This document shows positions 49,406 through 63,200 of a stretch of 64,000 nucleotides of DNA, one piece after another. The notes below the pieces were generated by a model, which worked only from the letters and a program-made list of their open reading frames with translations, was not told where the DNA came from and made no database searches. Positions within the stretch are counted from its first letter, which is position 1, and each line of letters begins with the position of its first letter. A program made the translations under genes and the position numbers. Source of the DNA: Eledone cirrhosa (Eukaryota); contig OZ024741.1 of assembly GCA_964016885.1 (NCBI GenBank), positions 380,866,001-380,930,000 of the forward strand, read 5' to 3'.

Positions 49406-52262
49406 GTAGGAGGTGAGTTTTATTGTAGTACAATAAAGCAATGCAGATATCGGATAAGAAGCACTCTACAGTTTGTAGGACTGGAGTATGCATAATATAA
49501 GATCAAAATATGGTTAAAGGAGTTCCATGTATTTTATTATGCGCATTTCAAAAACAAACATAATATTTGTGTTTTCATCAGATAAAACAGGAGAACATGA
49601 TATGAAGGCTAAAAAACACTTTTGGATAGTGCAGTTTTAAATCAACATATGAAAAGTGGTTTTAGATTGATGTGTGATATTGGGAAAAAAATATTTTATT
49701 TAGAGAGGGGGGGGTTTGGAAAGGATGAAAAGGGAAGGAGATGAGAGGGAGAGATGGGTGATAGAGAGAAAGAGATAGTTTTTATAACTGAGAGGAGATA
49801 TATTTTTTACATAGAGAGGTTGAAAACCGTTGGAAGATACTGTATAAATTAAAAATTTTGAAAATTAACGAAGGGAGGATATGTGCGAGGAAAAAATATT
49901 TTATTTAGGGAGGGGGGGGGGTGAAAAAAAAGGGGGAGGAGATGAGAGTGAAGGTGGAGAGGGAGAGATGGGTGATAGAGAGAAAGAGATAGTTTTTATA
50001 ACTGAGAAAAAGATATATTGTTTTAACATAGAGAGGTTGGGAACCGTTGGAAGATAATGTATAAATTAAAGGAATTTGAAAATTAACGAAGGGAAATTAT
50101 GTATGAAGATAGAGAGAAAAAAATAATAATTGTGGATGAATATTCTAACGTCAAAAAAAGAAATGTATGTATTGTGGCAATTTCAAAATTAACGAAGAGA
50201 AAAATTATTAAGGTTTGTGTGTAGAAGGATTTGAGAAAAATAATGTGAAGTTAAAGTTTGTATATTGGTTGAATTGATAATATATGCGAATAAAGAGTTA
50301 ATATGTATTAATAATGAGTTCGTTGATGGGGAGAAAAAAATAATAAATTAAGGATGAAATTGAGATTAAAAAGATTTATGATAGAGAGAAAAAATAATAA
50401 TGATTGCGGATGAATATTGTATATGTTATGATTTTACAAGGTGAAGATAGAATGAGGGTAATGAGTAAACAAGTATTATAGAGTGTATAATGCCCTTTAA
50501 AGTAAGGTAGATGGGTATATTTTAAAGAGGTGTATGTATATGTGCCTTTGAGAAAAGATTCTAAATTGATAAAGAATTGAATGTTAACTGTATACTTTGT
50601 GAAAAGTTCTATGGAATTTATGCAGGCAGATAGAAAACAAATCTGTGCGTCTATTTATTATAGAATCTAGGTTAGAGATAATGGTAAATTTTGCATTTAG
50701 GTAGAGATTACAGATTTTAGATAGAGAGCTGTTCAAGTAAGAGGATGCAGAAGAAATCTTCTTCCAAAAGATGGTATATTTAATGTTTTTGTCTTTCAAG
50801 GACCATATGAGTTCTGAGAGAGCAGTGTTAGTTCTTTTAAGTTTGTATTTGAAAGATGAATGATGATTATAGAGACGAGCTTTAAAAGAGGTGGAAGTGG
50901 AGCCAAAATAGGTGAAGGAATTGGTGCTAGTTATAATTTTACATTCATAAATTAAGTTTTTATCGAGACAATGGTTGTTGAGAGGACATTTATTTTTAAT
51001 GCGGCAGTTGCAATTAGAGAGATTATTAATGAGTGATCTAGTGTTATCTATAGAAGGAATTGGATTGGAGAAGTTGTTTGCGATAGGAATAATAGGAATA
51101 ATAGTTTCTTGATTTAGAGTTGGATTATGAACATTTAGCGAAGTTGTGTTTGACGTTGTATTTGGGTTTACAGAAGTTAGCCTAGGGTTTACAATGACGT
51201 CGGGAGTACTATTACTGTTATTATGAAATTCAATATTGGAAGGAAGAGATTTAGTATTTAGTATTTTATTGTTGTGTTTAGAGATGATGTTGGAAATATT
51301 GGAGGATGTAGAATACGAAAATTTGATGGTGTGTTTGTTAAATATTTTACTATAGATATGTGAGGGAGGGAAGCATTTATTTAAGGCACTAAAGAATAAT
51401 TTAGGAATATTGTTATTAATAGAGATGGAGAAAGGAGCATTATACCAGATTATGTTTTTGTATCTAGGTCTTTTATTAAAATTATTGGAATGGTCATGAT
51501 TAATTATTCTACTGTAAGTTTTTCTAGAATTTGTTTCTTTACTATATTTGATTTTATCTGGATAGCCGGCTTTAGAAAGTGCGTTATTATAGTAATTGGC
51601 GTTAGCATCAAAGATGTTTTTATTAGAAGATATGTTAGATATTCTATTTCCAATATTATTAACTATAGCATTCTTGATATTGGTAGGATGGTTAGATTTA
51701 AAGTTAACATAATTAAGGTTCTCATTGTTTTTATGGTAAGGGTAATATAGGCCAGTGTCAAGATTAAGAGATACATCCAAGAAATTAGCTAGTTTGATAC
51801 TATTATCAAATTCAATTTTTAGGTTATGTTGGTTAAAGAGATTACGTATATTGTTCTTAATAATATTAAGGTTAACTATATTGCAATTTAGGATAGTAAA
51901 GAGTCCATCGTCACGATAAATTCCACCGCGAAGTTGAGGAATTTTCCGACTCAAAGAGTTCAAAATGAAGATACCAATTAAATCAGAACTCTCAGAACTC
52001 ATATGGTCCTTAAAAGACAAAAACATTAAATATACCATCTTTTGGAAGAAGATTTCTTCTGCATCCTCATACTTGAACAGCTCTCTATCTAAAATCTGTA
52101 ATCTCTGCCTAAATGAAAAATTTACCATTATCTCTAACCTAGATTCTATAATAAATAGACGCACAGATTTGTTTTCTATCTGCCTGCATAAATTCCATAG
52201 AACTTTTCATAAAGTATACAGTTAATATTCAATTCTTTATCAATTTAGAATCTTTTCTCAAA
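49406..52262 (-). mobile_element. Second Naiad-like PLE copy, 5'-truncated, with an inverted duplication of the ORF end
   Basis: Stop-free RT-GIY-YIG from ~51986 to 50584 (YRDDG, CNCRIKNKCPL). 51989-52262 is the inverse of 50547-50820. 3'UTR with HHR and tail to (TA)n. Confidence 0.93.
49531..49588 (-). ncRNA. Type-I hammerhead (family A)
   Basis: Minus strand: gttttat-CTGATGA-aaacacaaatattatgtttgttttt-GAAA-TGCGCA-TA-ataaaat. Confidence 0.85.
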
Positions 52263-52404
52263 TGTGAACAATTCTTAAGATACTTGATATTTTAAAAGTT
52301 GGTTAAAATATTAATATTCTTTCCGAAAAATTGTGAACTATTGTATCTTTCAAATGTGAGATTTTTTATTCTATAAGTGGTGGAATGATTACTCAACGCC
52401 TACG

Positions 52405-54988
52405 ACAGTAAAGAAGAACAGATAGAGACATTCAATGTAGAAGAGAACTGGGAGTTCCTAAAAATAATTTACTAGAGGCGACGCATGAGGTCTGTGGCTG
52501 GAGTAAGACCTCAAGCAGGAGGAGAGTGACTTGGTGGTGGAACAATAAGGTAGATGAAGCAGTTAAGGCCAAGAGACAGGCATGGAAAGAATGGAAGAAC
52601 GGGGGGAGCAGGGTACATTACATAGAGACCAAGAGGGAAGCTAGGCGACAAGTATACTTAGCTAGGAGGGAAGCAGAGGATAGAAAATTCAAGCATGTTT
52701 TGCAACGTGAGGACCAGAAACAGGAGGTGTTCTAGATTGCGAGGCAGTATGTCAGAGAGACTTGTGATGTCATTGGAGAGAAGTGTATCTGGAATGATAA
52801 AGGTGAGCTTGCCCTCACAAGTGCTGAGAAGAAAGATGCATGGAAGAGTCATTATGATAGATTACTAAATGAGGAGAATGCATGGGAAGAAGAGACCCTA
52901 CCCCAAGTAGACCCTATAGAGGAGCCAGCAGTACAAGTCAGCAGCAACGTAGTAAGTAAGGTAATCAAAGATATGAAGATGGGGAAGCCAACCGGTCCAT
53001 CGGGTATAGCTGCCGAGATGCTGAAGGCATCTGGGTCTGTAGGTCACACTATAACCACACGTATTGTTAACCAGGTACTACTAGAAAGTGTCATACCAAA
53101 AGATTGGTGCAGTAGCATCATTGTCAACTGCTACAAAGGTAAAGGCGATGCACTAGATAGAGGTATAAAGTTGATGGACCAGGTCATGAAAGTAACAGAA
53201 AGAGTTATAGCACAGTTGATGAGGGACCGGGTGAAAATAGACGAGATGCAATTTGGGTTTGTACCAGGAAGAGGCACCACTGATGCCCTCTTCCTTGTGA
53301 GGCAGTTACTGGAAAAGTACCTAGCTAAAAGTAAGCCACTCTACTTGGCATTTGTCGACCTTGAGAAAGCCTTTGACAGAGTTCCACGTGCTGTAATCTG
53401 GTGGGCTCTTAGAAAACTAGGAGTAGATGAATGGCTTGTGAAAGCGGTACAAGACATGTATAGGGGAGCAGTCAGCAAAGTTAGGATTAGCAATGAGTAT
53501 AGTGAGGAATTTAGTGTACAGGTTGGGGTCCACCAGGGCTCTGTTCTTAGCCCCGTCCTGTTCATCATAGTCCTGCAGGCAATAACGGAGGAGTTTAAGA
53601 CCGGATGCCCATGGGAACTCCTGTATGCTGATGACCTCGCACTCATAGCTGAATCTATGGTAGAACTAGAGAATAAATTCCAAACTTGGAAGCAGGGACT
53701 AGAAAGAAAGGGTCTCAAAGTCAACATGACAAAGACTAAGGTCCTTGTAAGTAGATGAGAAAACAGAACCCAAATCCCCTCAGGGAAATGGTCTTGCTCA
53801 GTATGTAGGAAAAGTGTAGGTAGGAACTCCATTCTCTGCCCCAAATGCAAACAATGGGTACACAAGAGATGTAGTGGGATCTCAGGAAGCTTAATTAAGA
53901 ATGTAGGCTTCAGATGCAGCAGCTGTGCTGGGACAGCAAGCAGCAAACATCCACAGGAAACAAGTACCACCAATCTCTGGGAGGCCTCTGTAGAAACAGT
54001 AGACAGCTTCTGCTACCTAGGTGACCGAATTAGCAGCGGAGGTGGGTGTTCAGAAAGTACAATAACTAGGGTAAGATGGTTTGGAAGAAGTTTAGGGAAC
54101 TACTACCACTGCTAGCTGCAAAAGGCTTCTCCCTCAGAATGAAAGGCAGACTGTATGATGCGTGTATCCGAACATCAATGTTGCATGGTAGTGAGACCTG
54201 GGCGCTGAAGGTGGAAGAGTTACGTAGATTAGAGAGAAACGAAGCCTGCATGCTCCGATGGATGTGTAACAGTAATATACGATTAGCAATGAGTATAGCG
54301 AGGAATTTAGCGTACAGGTTGGGGTCCACCAGGGCTCTGTTCTTAGCCCCCTCCTGTTCATCATAGTCCTGCAGTAATGAACGACAAAGCATAAATGAAT
54401 TGAGAGAGAGACTGAGCATGAGAGGAATCAAATGCTGTGTGCAGGAGAGGCGGTTGCGCTGGTATGGACATGTGATGCGTATGAAGGATGTCAGCTGCAT
54501 AAAAAGGTGCAGAGCACTAGAAGTCGATGGAAACCGCGGAGTGGGGAGACCCAAGATGACCTGGGATGAGGTGATAAAAGCCGACCTTACCCAATTACAC
54601 CTCTCAAAGGCAATGACACACGATCATGACCTCTGGCGTCACGCAGTAATACAGAGTACCCGACCTCCCATGGGTACAAGCTGAAGCATATAGACAATAT
54701 GCCCCCACACTCCCCACCGCAAGGTGGTCGTGGAGGTGTCACGGCAAAAAAGCACCCAGCCCACACTGTAAAGTGGACGTGTAGGCGCCACGAAAAAGCA
54801 CCCAGCACTCACTGTAAATGAGGTTGGTGTTAGGAAGGGCATCCAGCTGTAGAAATCAAGCCAAATCAGTTCCTGTATGAGCAAGGCATGGTCAGCTGAC
54901 CAGACACTGCCCACAACAGGACAACCCGTCTAACCCATGCTAGCGTGGAAGAACGGACGTAAAACGGTGATGATGATGATGATGATGA
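52405..54988 (+). mobile_element. RTE LINE, 5'-truncated, with a few stops and an internal duplication
   Basis: TWWWN, GKPTGPSGI, QFGFVPGRGTTDA, FVDLEKAFDRV, LLYADDL, PHD finger, RRLRWYGHVMR; (GAT)n tail. Confidence 0.94.
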
Positions 54989-55225
54989 AGCTCATATGTC
55001 TTGAAGAAATATAGCCACCCAGTAAAATGTACAATCTACCCTGCAAAATGATGGTTCCATAACAAAAGGCACTTAGTCAACCTTAGGAAGAACATCCAAC
55101 CACAGAAATCAAGCCAAAAATGGAACATATGTGAATGCCATGTTCACATTACCTCTCTATCATCAAAATTTGAAAATTCATAAAATCCATAAAAGCATGG
55201 AAAATAGCCAATAAAAAGTGAGGAC

Positions 55226-55265
<40 letters not shown>

Positions 55266-56099
55266 TAGATACATAGATTTAAAAGAGTCGAAGTCAGTGT
55301 TGCAGTATATGTACAAACTTTATTTGCATATTACAATTGTTTTGATATCGATCAGCTCAGTGTACAATTCAGGTGACAGGGCCTGACTCCTTTTCAACAT
55401 TTTAACAGATATGCATTTTCATATGTTCCAAGACACATCTAAATGGACTTCATAACACCATGCTGCCTATAACTGTTGTTACATGCTTAACTAACACACA
55501 CACATATATATATTTACAGTACTCGCCAGAGCAAGTTGCAACTTGGCCAACTATGGCTAGACTTGCCTCCTAGCATGGTCGACCCAACTAACCCATGCAA
55601 TTATGGAAGAATTGACGCTAAACGGAAATGATAATGATGATGATATATATTTCTCATCATCATTATCACTGTTTAACATCCATTTTCCATATACATATAT
55701 ATATATTGATATCCACCTGTTTATTGTGGGCTAAATAACATTGTTAGAACTCAATGTGTCCTTGAAGAGGTAGTTTCAATGAGATTAAGTGGTTTGTACT
55801 ATAGTTTTGCATAGGGTTCTCGGGAATATTCTGCTCAAACTACAGAATCATTTGTATATATATATATGTGTGTTTGTGTTGAACAAGTCGAAGATAGGTT
55901 CTTAATTAGTTCATTGTTTTACAATAATTTCAGAGGGTGTATTGATCATGGTAGACCGATATATTCACTTGTAGAGAGTAGTTAAGGCACTACCACCTAG
56001 TCAATATATTGATCTATGATGATCAATTAGCACACTGAAATGATCGTAAAACAATATATATTACTCAATTATCCTAATATGTGTTCCAGCCAAATGATT

Positions 56100-57081
56100 A
56101 ATTAAGTCACCCAGATAGCACAAGCTACTATCCACTTATGTGGACCCTTCCTGTTACTTAAAGACGTTTATATCACTGATGCCTTTCCCCCCAATTACTT
56201 CTTTTCCTATTAGACTACTTGTTATCCCACTACATCTCTTGTGTAACCAATATTTACATTGTGTACACCATATAGAGTTTATGTCTACTCCTTTTCTACA
56301 TATGGAGCAGGGCCACTTCTCACTAACACTTTAGTTTTGGCTACGTTTACTCTCAGACCTTTTGATTCCATATTCCAGAACTAGTTCTTTTATGGATTCA
56401 ACTATGTGGACCAAATCATCTGCATAGAGAAGTTCCAATGGACAGCCAGTTTTTAACTCCTCTGTTATCGCCTGGAGAACTATGATGAACATAATTGTCG
56501 TATGAACCCAACCTTGATAGACTTCCACCTATACCTTGAATTCCTCACTTAACTCACTTCCGACTCTCCCTTTACTGACAGCTCCTCTGTACATGGCTTG
56601 CACTGCTCTCACAAGCCATTCTTCAACACCTAACTTCCTCAAAGACCACCAGATAATAGATTCAGGTATGGAGTCAAAGGTATTTTTTAGATCAACAAAA
56701 ACTAAACGTTATGGTTTATTCTTGGTGAGGAACTTCTTTTGTAGTTGCCTCACTAGGAAGAGGGTATCTGCATTACTTTTCCCAGGATATTAAACCAAAG
56801 TGCATCTGATCCCATTTGACTCTTTCACTAATTAGTTGCACTATAACTGATTCTATCACTTTCATAACTCAGTCTGTTAGATTTATTCCTCTCTAGTTGC
56901 TCCTTTCTAGAGCATCACCTTTGCCCTTGTAGCAAATTACAATTGTACTGCTGCACCAGTGGGTATAACTCTGTTTTGTCTTACCTGATTGACTATACAG
57001 ATTACTGGCTTCACTTCTACTTCTCCCAATGCTATTAGCATCTCAGAAACTATCTCTGACTCTCAAAATATATATATCATA

Positions 57082-57134
<53 letters not shown>

Positions 57135-58660
57135 CATATATTATATATATATATATATCATCATCATCATCATTTTACGTCTGCTTTTCCCTGCTTGCAA
57201 GGATTGGACGGGTCCTATCCAGCACAGAATCTCTCCACTTGTCACTGTCCTTCGTCATCCCCTCGGTGAGTTTCACCGATCTGAGGTCTGCTCTCACCAT
57301 CTCCGCCCATGGTTTTCGTGGTCTACCTCTACTGCGTCTTCCTTCCACTGGCATTTCTTGGTACTTCTGACCCAGTGGTCATCCTCCATGCGCATCACAT
57401 GTCTATACCATCTCAGCCTTCTCTCCTGCACACCACAACTTATCCCTCTTATACCCAGTTTCTTTCTCAACTCATCTATGCTTGGTTGTTCATGCACATT
57501 GGCATTGCACATCCAACAGAGCATACTTGCTTCATTTCTCTCCAGCAGTTGCTGCCCATGTCTCACTACCATGCAGCATCGTGCATCTCACACAGGCATC
57601 ATATAACCATCCTTTCGTATGCAGGGAGAAACCCTTCTTTGTCAACAGAGGAACCTGCTCTCTAAACTTCTTCCAACCCATCCTTATTCTAGATACCATG
57701 GCCTCGGATCACCCCCCCCCCCCCACCCCCATGCTAATCTGATTACCTAGGTACCAGAAGCTATCAACCACTTCTATCAACCACCTGCATTGGAAAAATG
57801 TGTCTATTACTGCGATTACTACTGCCAACTTTCCCTGTATATCTACTGCATACGTAGTTTTCCCTACCTGTTAGTTTGCCTGGTGCTATCCCACTACATC
57901 ATCATTGTTTAATGTCCATTTTCCATGCTAGCCAGGGTTAGATGGGTTGTCTTATCTGAAGCAAATCGAATCAGGGGACCATGCCTTGCTCATATAGAAC
58001 TGTTTGTGGCTTGGAACCTCTTCCTAATCTGAGCCACATTTACAGTGCATGCTGGATACTTTTTATTGTGATGCCTACATGACCACTTTGCAGTGTGTGC
58101 TGATGCTTATTTTCATGGCACCAAAAGAACTACATCACAGTGTGGACTGTGGACTTTGGTGGGGGAAGTATGTGGGGATTGGGGAGGTAGGTATAAGGGC
58201 ATGTATGAGGGGTGGAGTGTTAGGACATGGATGGGGTATAGAATGAAGAATCTGTATCGAAGAGGGATGGCAGTGAAGGTTGTACATACTAGATGTATGC
58301 TTCAGCCTCTGCTCAGGGGAAAGCGGCTCTTCTGTATTACTGTATAATGCCAGAGATCTTGGTCCTGTGTCACGACCTTTGAGAGATGCAATTGTGTAAG
58401 GTCAACTTTATCACCTCATTCCAAGTCTTCCTTGGTCTTCCCACTCCATAGCTACTATCAACTTAGAGCGTTCTGCACCTTTTGTACAGCTGTCATCCTT
58501 CATACGCATCACATGTCTATACCAACACAATCTCCTCTCCTGCACACTGCATCTCGCCCTTCTATGTTAAGTTTCTCTCTCAGTTCACTTATGCTTTGCT
58601 GTTCAGATATACTACTATTACAAATCCATTGGAGTATCCGGGCTACATTTCTTTCCATAT
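56100..58660 (-). mobile_element. Three degraded RTE fragments (56100-57060, 57157-57900, 57900-58660)
   Basis: LLYADDL and ERRLRWYRHVMR motifs, plus (CAT)n-led 3' ends. Confidence 0.85.
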
Positions 58661-59524
58661 ATATATACTTTTACATACATCTCCACTAGTTTTCTCTTTT
58701 CAATTTCAAAATTACTCTTCCTATGTTTAACAGTATCAGAACTCTCATCATTTCTACATTTTTGCTATGTTTCGCATCAGTCACACTTGTCATAAGCACT
58801 ATTTGTTCTCCTTGCTTACCATTTCCTCAATTCTTATATTTCACTTTAGTTATTTTGCATAGCTTCACATCATTGTCTCAGTTTACAGAACATTATAAAT
58901 TTGACAAATTAGTTTCTTTTCATCTATTGGAGAGATCTTTCATGTTCAATTATTATTTTGTTCTGTAAAAAGATAATTTAATAGTTGTATGCTATGTGTT
59001 TTGAAATCTATTTTATCTTTTATATAAATTTTATTTTAAACATTGTTATTTTTGTTTTTAGTTTCAATTCAACATTTTAATCAATATTTTTTAAATTGTA
59101 TATTTTTAATTATTTAAATATTACATTAACTGATAGTTTTAATAGTGTATATCAAAAACTTTAAATATAGGTAATCAATGTTGGTATTTGATCTGTAATT
59201 TAAGAAAAATTCTGACTTGCTTGGTCTATTTTTACAAATCGCAAAATATTTTGATTAATTTCTGGGTATATTCACAAGTAATTAAGAAGTTTGTTTTATT
59301 TGCATTTATCCTGACCTCCTTCTAATTAATCATATTTATTAAATAACATTTAGTAGTTGTAATTTTTTAGAATTATTCTGCATGTAAATTATATCTTATT
59401 TGATATATTTATCATCTGTTTTCTATAAAGTCTTCTAATTTTTAGTTAAATTATTCATTCATTAAAACCAATATATTTTATTGTAGTCATGCAACAATAT
59501 ATGCTATTTTGTCTAAGTAACATA

Positions 59525-59616
59525 GATAATTGTTTCTACTTTTGGCACAAGGCCAGCAATTATCCCAGTGTATTACTGGTACTTTACACTGGGATAATTG
59601 CTGGCCTTGTGCCAAA
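59525..59616. repeat. SINE 3' end folded back on itself
   Basis: ttttggcacaaggccagcaattatcccagtgta / tacactgggataattgctggccttgtgccaaaa. Confidence 0.85.
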
Positions 59617-59789
59617 AAGTGGTTGGTGCTAGGAAGGGCATCCAGCCATAGAAAACCTGCCAGAGACACTTTCATACGAGCGAAACACAGTCTCCCGACC
59701 AATCATGCATAAAATGGAACAAAACTGTCTAACCCATGCTGGCGTGGAAGATGGACGTTAAATGATGATGATGAGGAGGATGATATGTA

Positions 59790-60220
59790 TGGCATACTGG
59801 TTAGTGTGCTGAGCTCACAATTGTATGGTTACGAGATCGATTCTCAAACCAAGTGGCGCATTGTGTCTTTGAGCAAGATACTTTATTTCACATTGCTTTA
59901 ACCCACTCACCTGCCAAAAATGAGTTGTATCTGTAATTCAATGGGCCAGCTTTGTCATACACTGTTGTGCTGAAAATCCCTGAAAGCTACCAAAGGGTGC
60001 ACATATTAGTGAAATGCTCAGCCACTTGGACATTAATTTCATGAGCAGGCTGTTTTATTGATTGAATCAACTGCAGCACTTGTCATCAGAAATGATGGCC
60101 ATTCAATGCTACACATATGTCTGTGAAATACTCAGCTACACATGATGATTTAATGAGTAGGACTACCAGTTGATAGAACAACTGAATGTTCATCATTAAA
60201 GTTGACGGAAGATCCACTAT
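59790..60220 (+). mobile_element. tRNA/CORE-type SINE with a duplicated 3' part
   Basis: tRNA-like head, CORE ttgtgtctttgagcaagatactttatttcacattgct, and tgctcagc module repeated at ~60010 and ~60125. Confidence 0.7.
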
Positions 60221-63200
60221 GCTCTAGTATACAGATAAATATTGAATAAATCTCCAAATAAAATATATTCAGTCCATGACAGTTACTTTAGGCTATTTTA
60301 TATAATCTCGCCATGCTGCAGTTTTTTTGTGACAAACATTTTTTAAAATCTTGAAAATCAGAAAATAAGAAATTTTGTAAGTTAGCTAAAAAAAATTCCT
60401 TTGAAAGAATTTAAGTGGCAGTCATAAATATGATTTGTCAACATTCTTTTATTAGATGAGCAATTAAATGTATTGTATTCTGTTCAGATTTATGACTTTA
60501 AATAATTTTGCCTGGAAAGGAATCAGATTTTTAATTAGATCAGTTGTGCCATTAAATAAAAAGATTTTCAGCACAAATATTATACATTGTATATTTGTAG
60601 TGATGTAAACTTCTTTTGCCATTAGGGCTTTCTCTTCATATTTTTTTTGTAATTGTTTCTTATGATTTCATTCATAAATAAGATGGAATATTTATCTATC
60701 TAAAAATCAATAGTGACTGAACAACATAAAGAAAGAAGCATTCAATTAAAGGAAGAAGAATTACTTAAAAAATCTCTTTGATAATTACTGATGCACAACA
60801 ATAATGTTCACCAATAGTAACAGTCAGCAAATAAGTTTTATAGGAATATGAAATTTTTATTGATGTATTAAAGCAGACAAACTCAATTACTAGTACCTAA
60901 ATGATTTCAGTAGTGTGGCTGCTACTGTTAGCGATAAACAACCTAGTTTTAACCCTTTTTAATTTTAACCAGCATGAAATTGCTCAATCTCAAGTGTTCA
61001 TATTTACATTAGCACATTTCACCATAATTTTTGCCAGACATTTTTAAGTAATGTTCTAAATACCAGTTTAATAATAAAAAAATTTGTTATTTTACTAAAT
61101 TCCACAAATATTGTATAAAGAAGTACACAACCCTCAAATTGAATGGAACCCTATTGAAAATAATGATCCAAATAAATATTGGAGAAAATGATGAAGTTTG
61201 CCCTCAAGAATTTAAATTACACCACAGAGATGAACAAAGAACACAATTATTAGAAATGCTCAGCACTTGTGAAAAATTGCCATCCTATATATGTAAACGT
61301 TAAGAGATGGGTAGTGTTGGAGGTAGAGACATATATCTACATTAAGGCACATTACGCAGTATGTCGCTTTTACTTGTCCATTTTCTTCTCCTACCTTCTC
61401 TTTATTTATTTCTGATCTCTCTCTCTCTTTCTCTTTCTATCCTTCTCTAACTTATTCACTGTCCCCACAGACTACATAATTAGGGATGGAGTTGGATCTG
61501 TCAAACCTCATCAACCTCTATTGTTAACTAATCTATAAAATGGAACTATTCCTAAACAAATCTAAAAACTGGATATCTGGGTTAATGAGGAACAACAAGA
61601 TTTATTAGCTCCAAATACCCCATATCACATCACTACTATCTTAACAGATGGAATAATCCTTAGATCATCAGACTGTTCTTGCCTCACCTAGCCTGGTGCT
61701 AAATCACATCAATATCGATTTCTACAGTTCTCTTTCACACACTTGTACTCTCTCTCTCTCTCTCAGCAGTAATAACTACTGTTATTGCTTTTAATTCTGT
61801 AGCTACTGTTATTGCTTTTAATTCTGTCTCTTCTCAACATTCTTCACTTTACAGTACCTCTTTCCTCTGGCGCAAAGCCTCTCCCATCATACTCTCACTA
61901 TAGTTTTTCCATTATTGATTCTTTTCTATTACTACTCTTGTCTCCATCACCTCTAACACTCCACTTTCCAATTCCATCTGTATTTTGTCATGAATGGAGA
62001 CACTGTTGGACCTTTTCAATCCAGCAGGATTCACAACAGACCCTGAAAAAAGGGTTGGCATTGAAACAGAGATAACATAGGGTTAGAGGATCACTTTTGC
62101 TTTGCTGAGGACGTAACAAACTTTCTATAGTTTGTACTATGAAAAAATGCACTTGGTATATTCTTTACATGGTAATACTACTGGTGCCAGAATAAAATGC
62201 ACTTAATACACTCTGGAAAGAGGTTGGCAAAAGAATGATTATCCAGCATTAGAAACCACACCAAAATATAGAATGTATGAGCAATATATGGTTCTTCTAT
62301 CCAGCTAGTTTTAGATCATAATTGCCCATCAAAACCCTATCAGCATGGAGAAATGTTATCTCAATGATAATGATGATGATGACAATGATTGTGGAACCAG
62401 GACTGTATTAATTAGTGTATTAATTGAAAAAATGAGGGTATGTTGTGAATGAAATTTGGATGCTATTTCTAGTAGGTTGAATAATCATGTAAAGATATCT
62501 TTGTTGCTTGATTCATAAACGAATAGCAGTAATGGGCATTAAATGAGTCACATCATTTAACCACAGGCCAGCACTGATTGAGCTAACCTTATAGCTACAT
62601 GCATCCCAGCTGTAATCATCCCATCATTTAACCAAATATTGAGTAATGAGGACAACACTATTCTATATGTAATCAAAACTAACAGAAATTTGTAGGGCTT
62701 ACTTTGTGTTCAAATGCACATGGAGAAATTGAACCATTGATTCTTTCATTCATTCATTCAGTTAACCTGAAACACTTAATTCTTCTGTATGATCAAACAC
62801 CATTAAGACAGTCTTATACATACAACAGAAAAATGAGGTAGAAAAATTATCCTATTGGCCAATCTGGTATCACATCCTCTCTCACTTCTAGACCCATAAC
62901 CCATCATGCTACATAATGTGTTCTTAAATTTTTAAGCTGTTAATGTGTGTTGTCATAGATATTTGGCTGTTAAGTCTAGCATTTCATGTGACCATGGGGA
63001 GGCTCTATCATTTGCTCATGATTCACATCATTTACGGTGTAGTTATGACTATTGCAGAATCTTGTATAGTTCCCTATAATTGTGTGGCCTTACGCCAAAC
63101 TTAGAAAAAAATCAATATTTGAAAGAGGTCATTAGACTAGATTGTGAAAGATAGACAACTAATGGTATATTTGTTATATAGAGATGATGATTATGAGTTG

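Noticed and set aside
61140-61302. Short open frame NGTLLKIMIQ...YICKR* as a terminal exon
   Set aside because: No recognisable homology or clear splice acceptor. Its length is compatible with chance.
61776-61828. 27-bp tandem duplication (also a 34-bp one at ~31445-31517)
   Set aside because: Ordinary local slippage with two adjacent units and no spacers. Not a CRISPR-like array.
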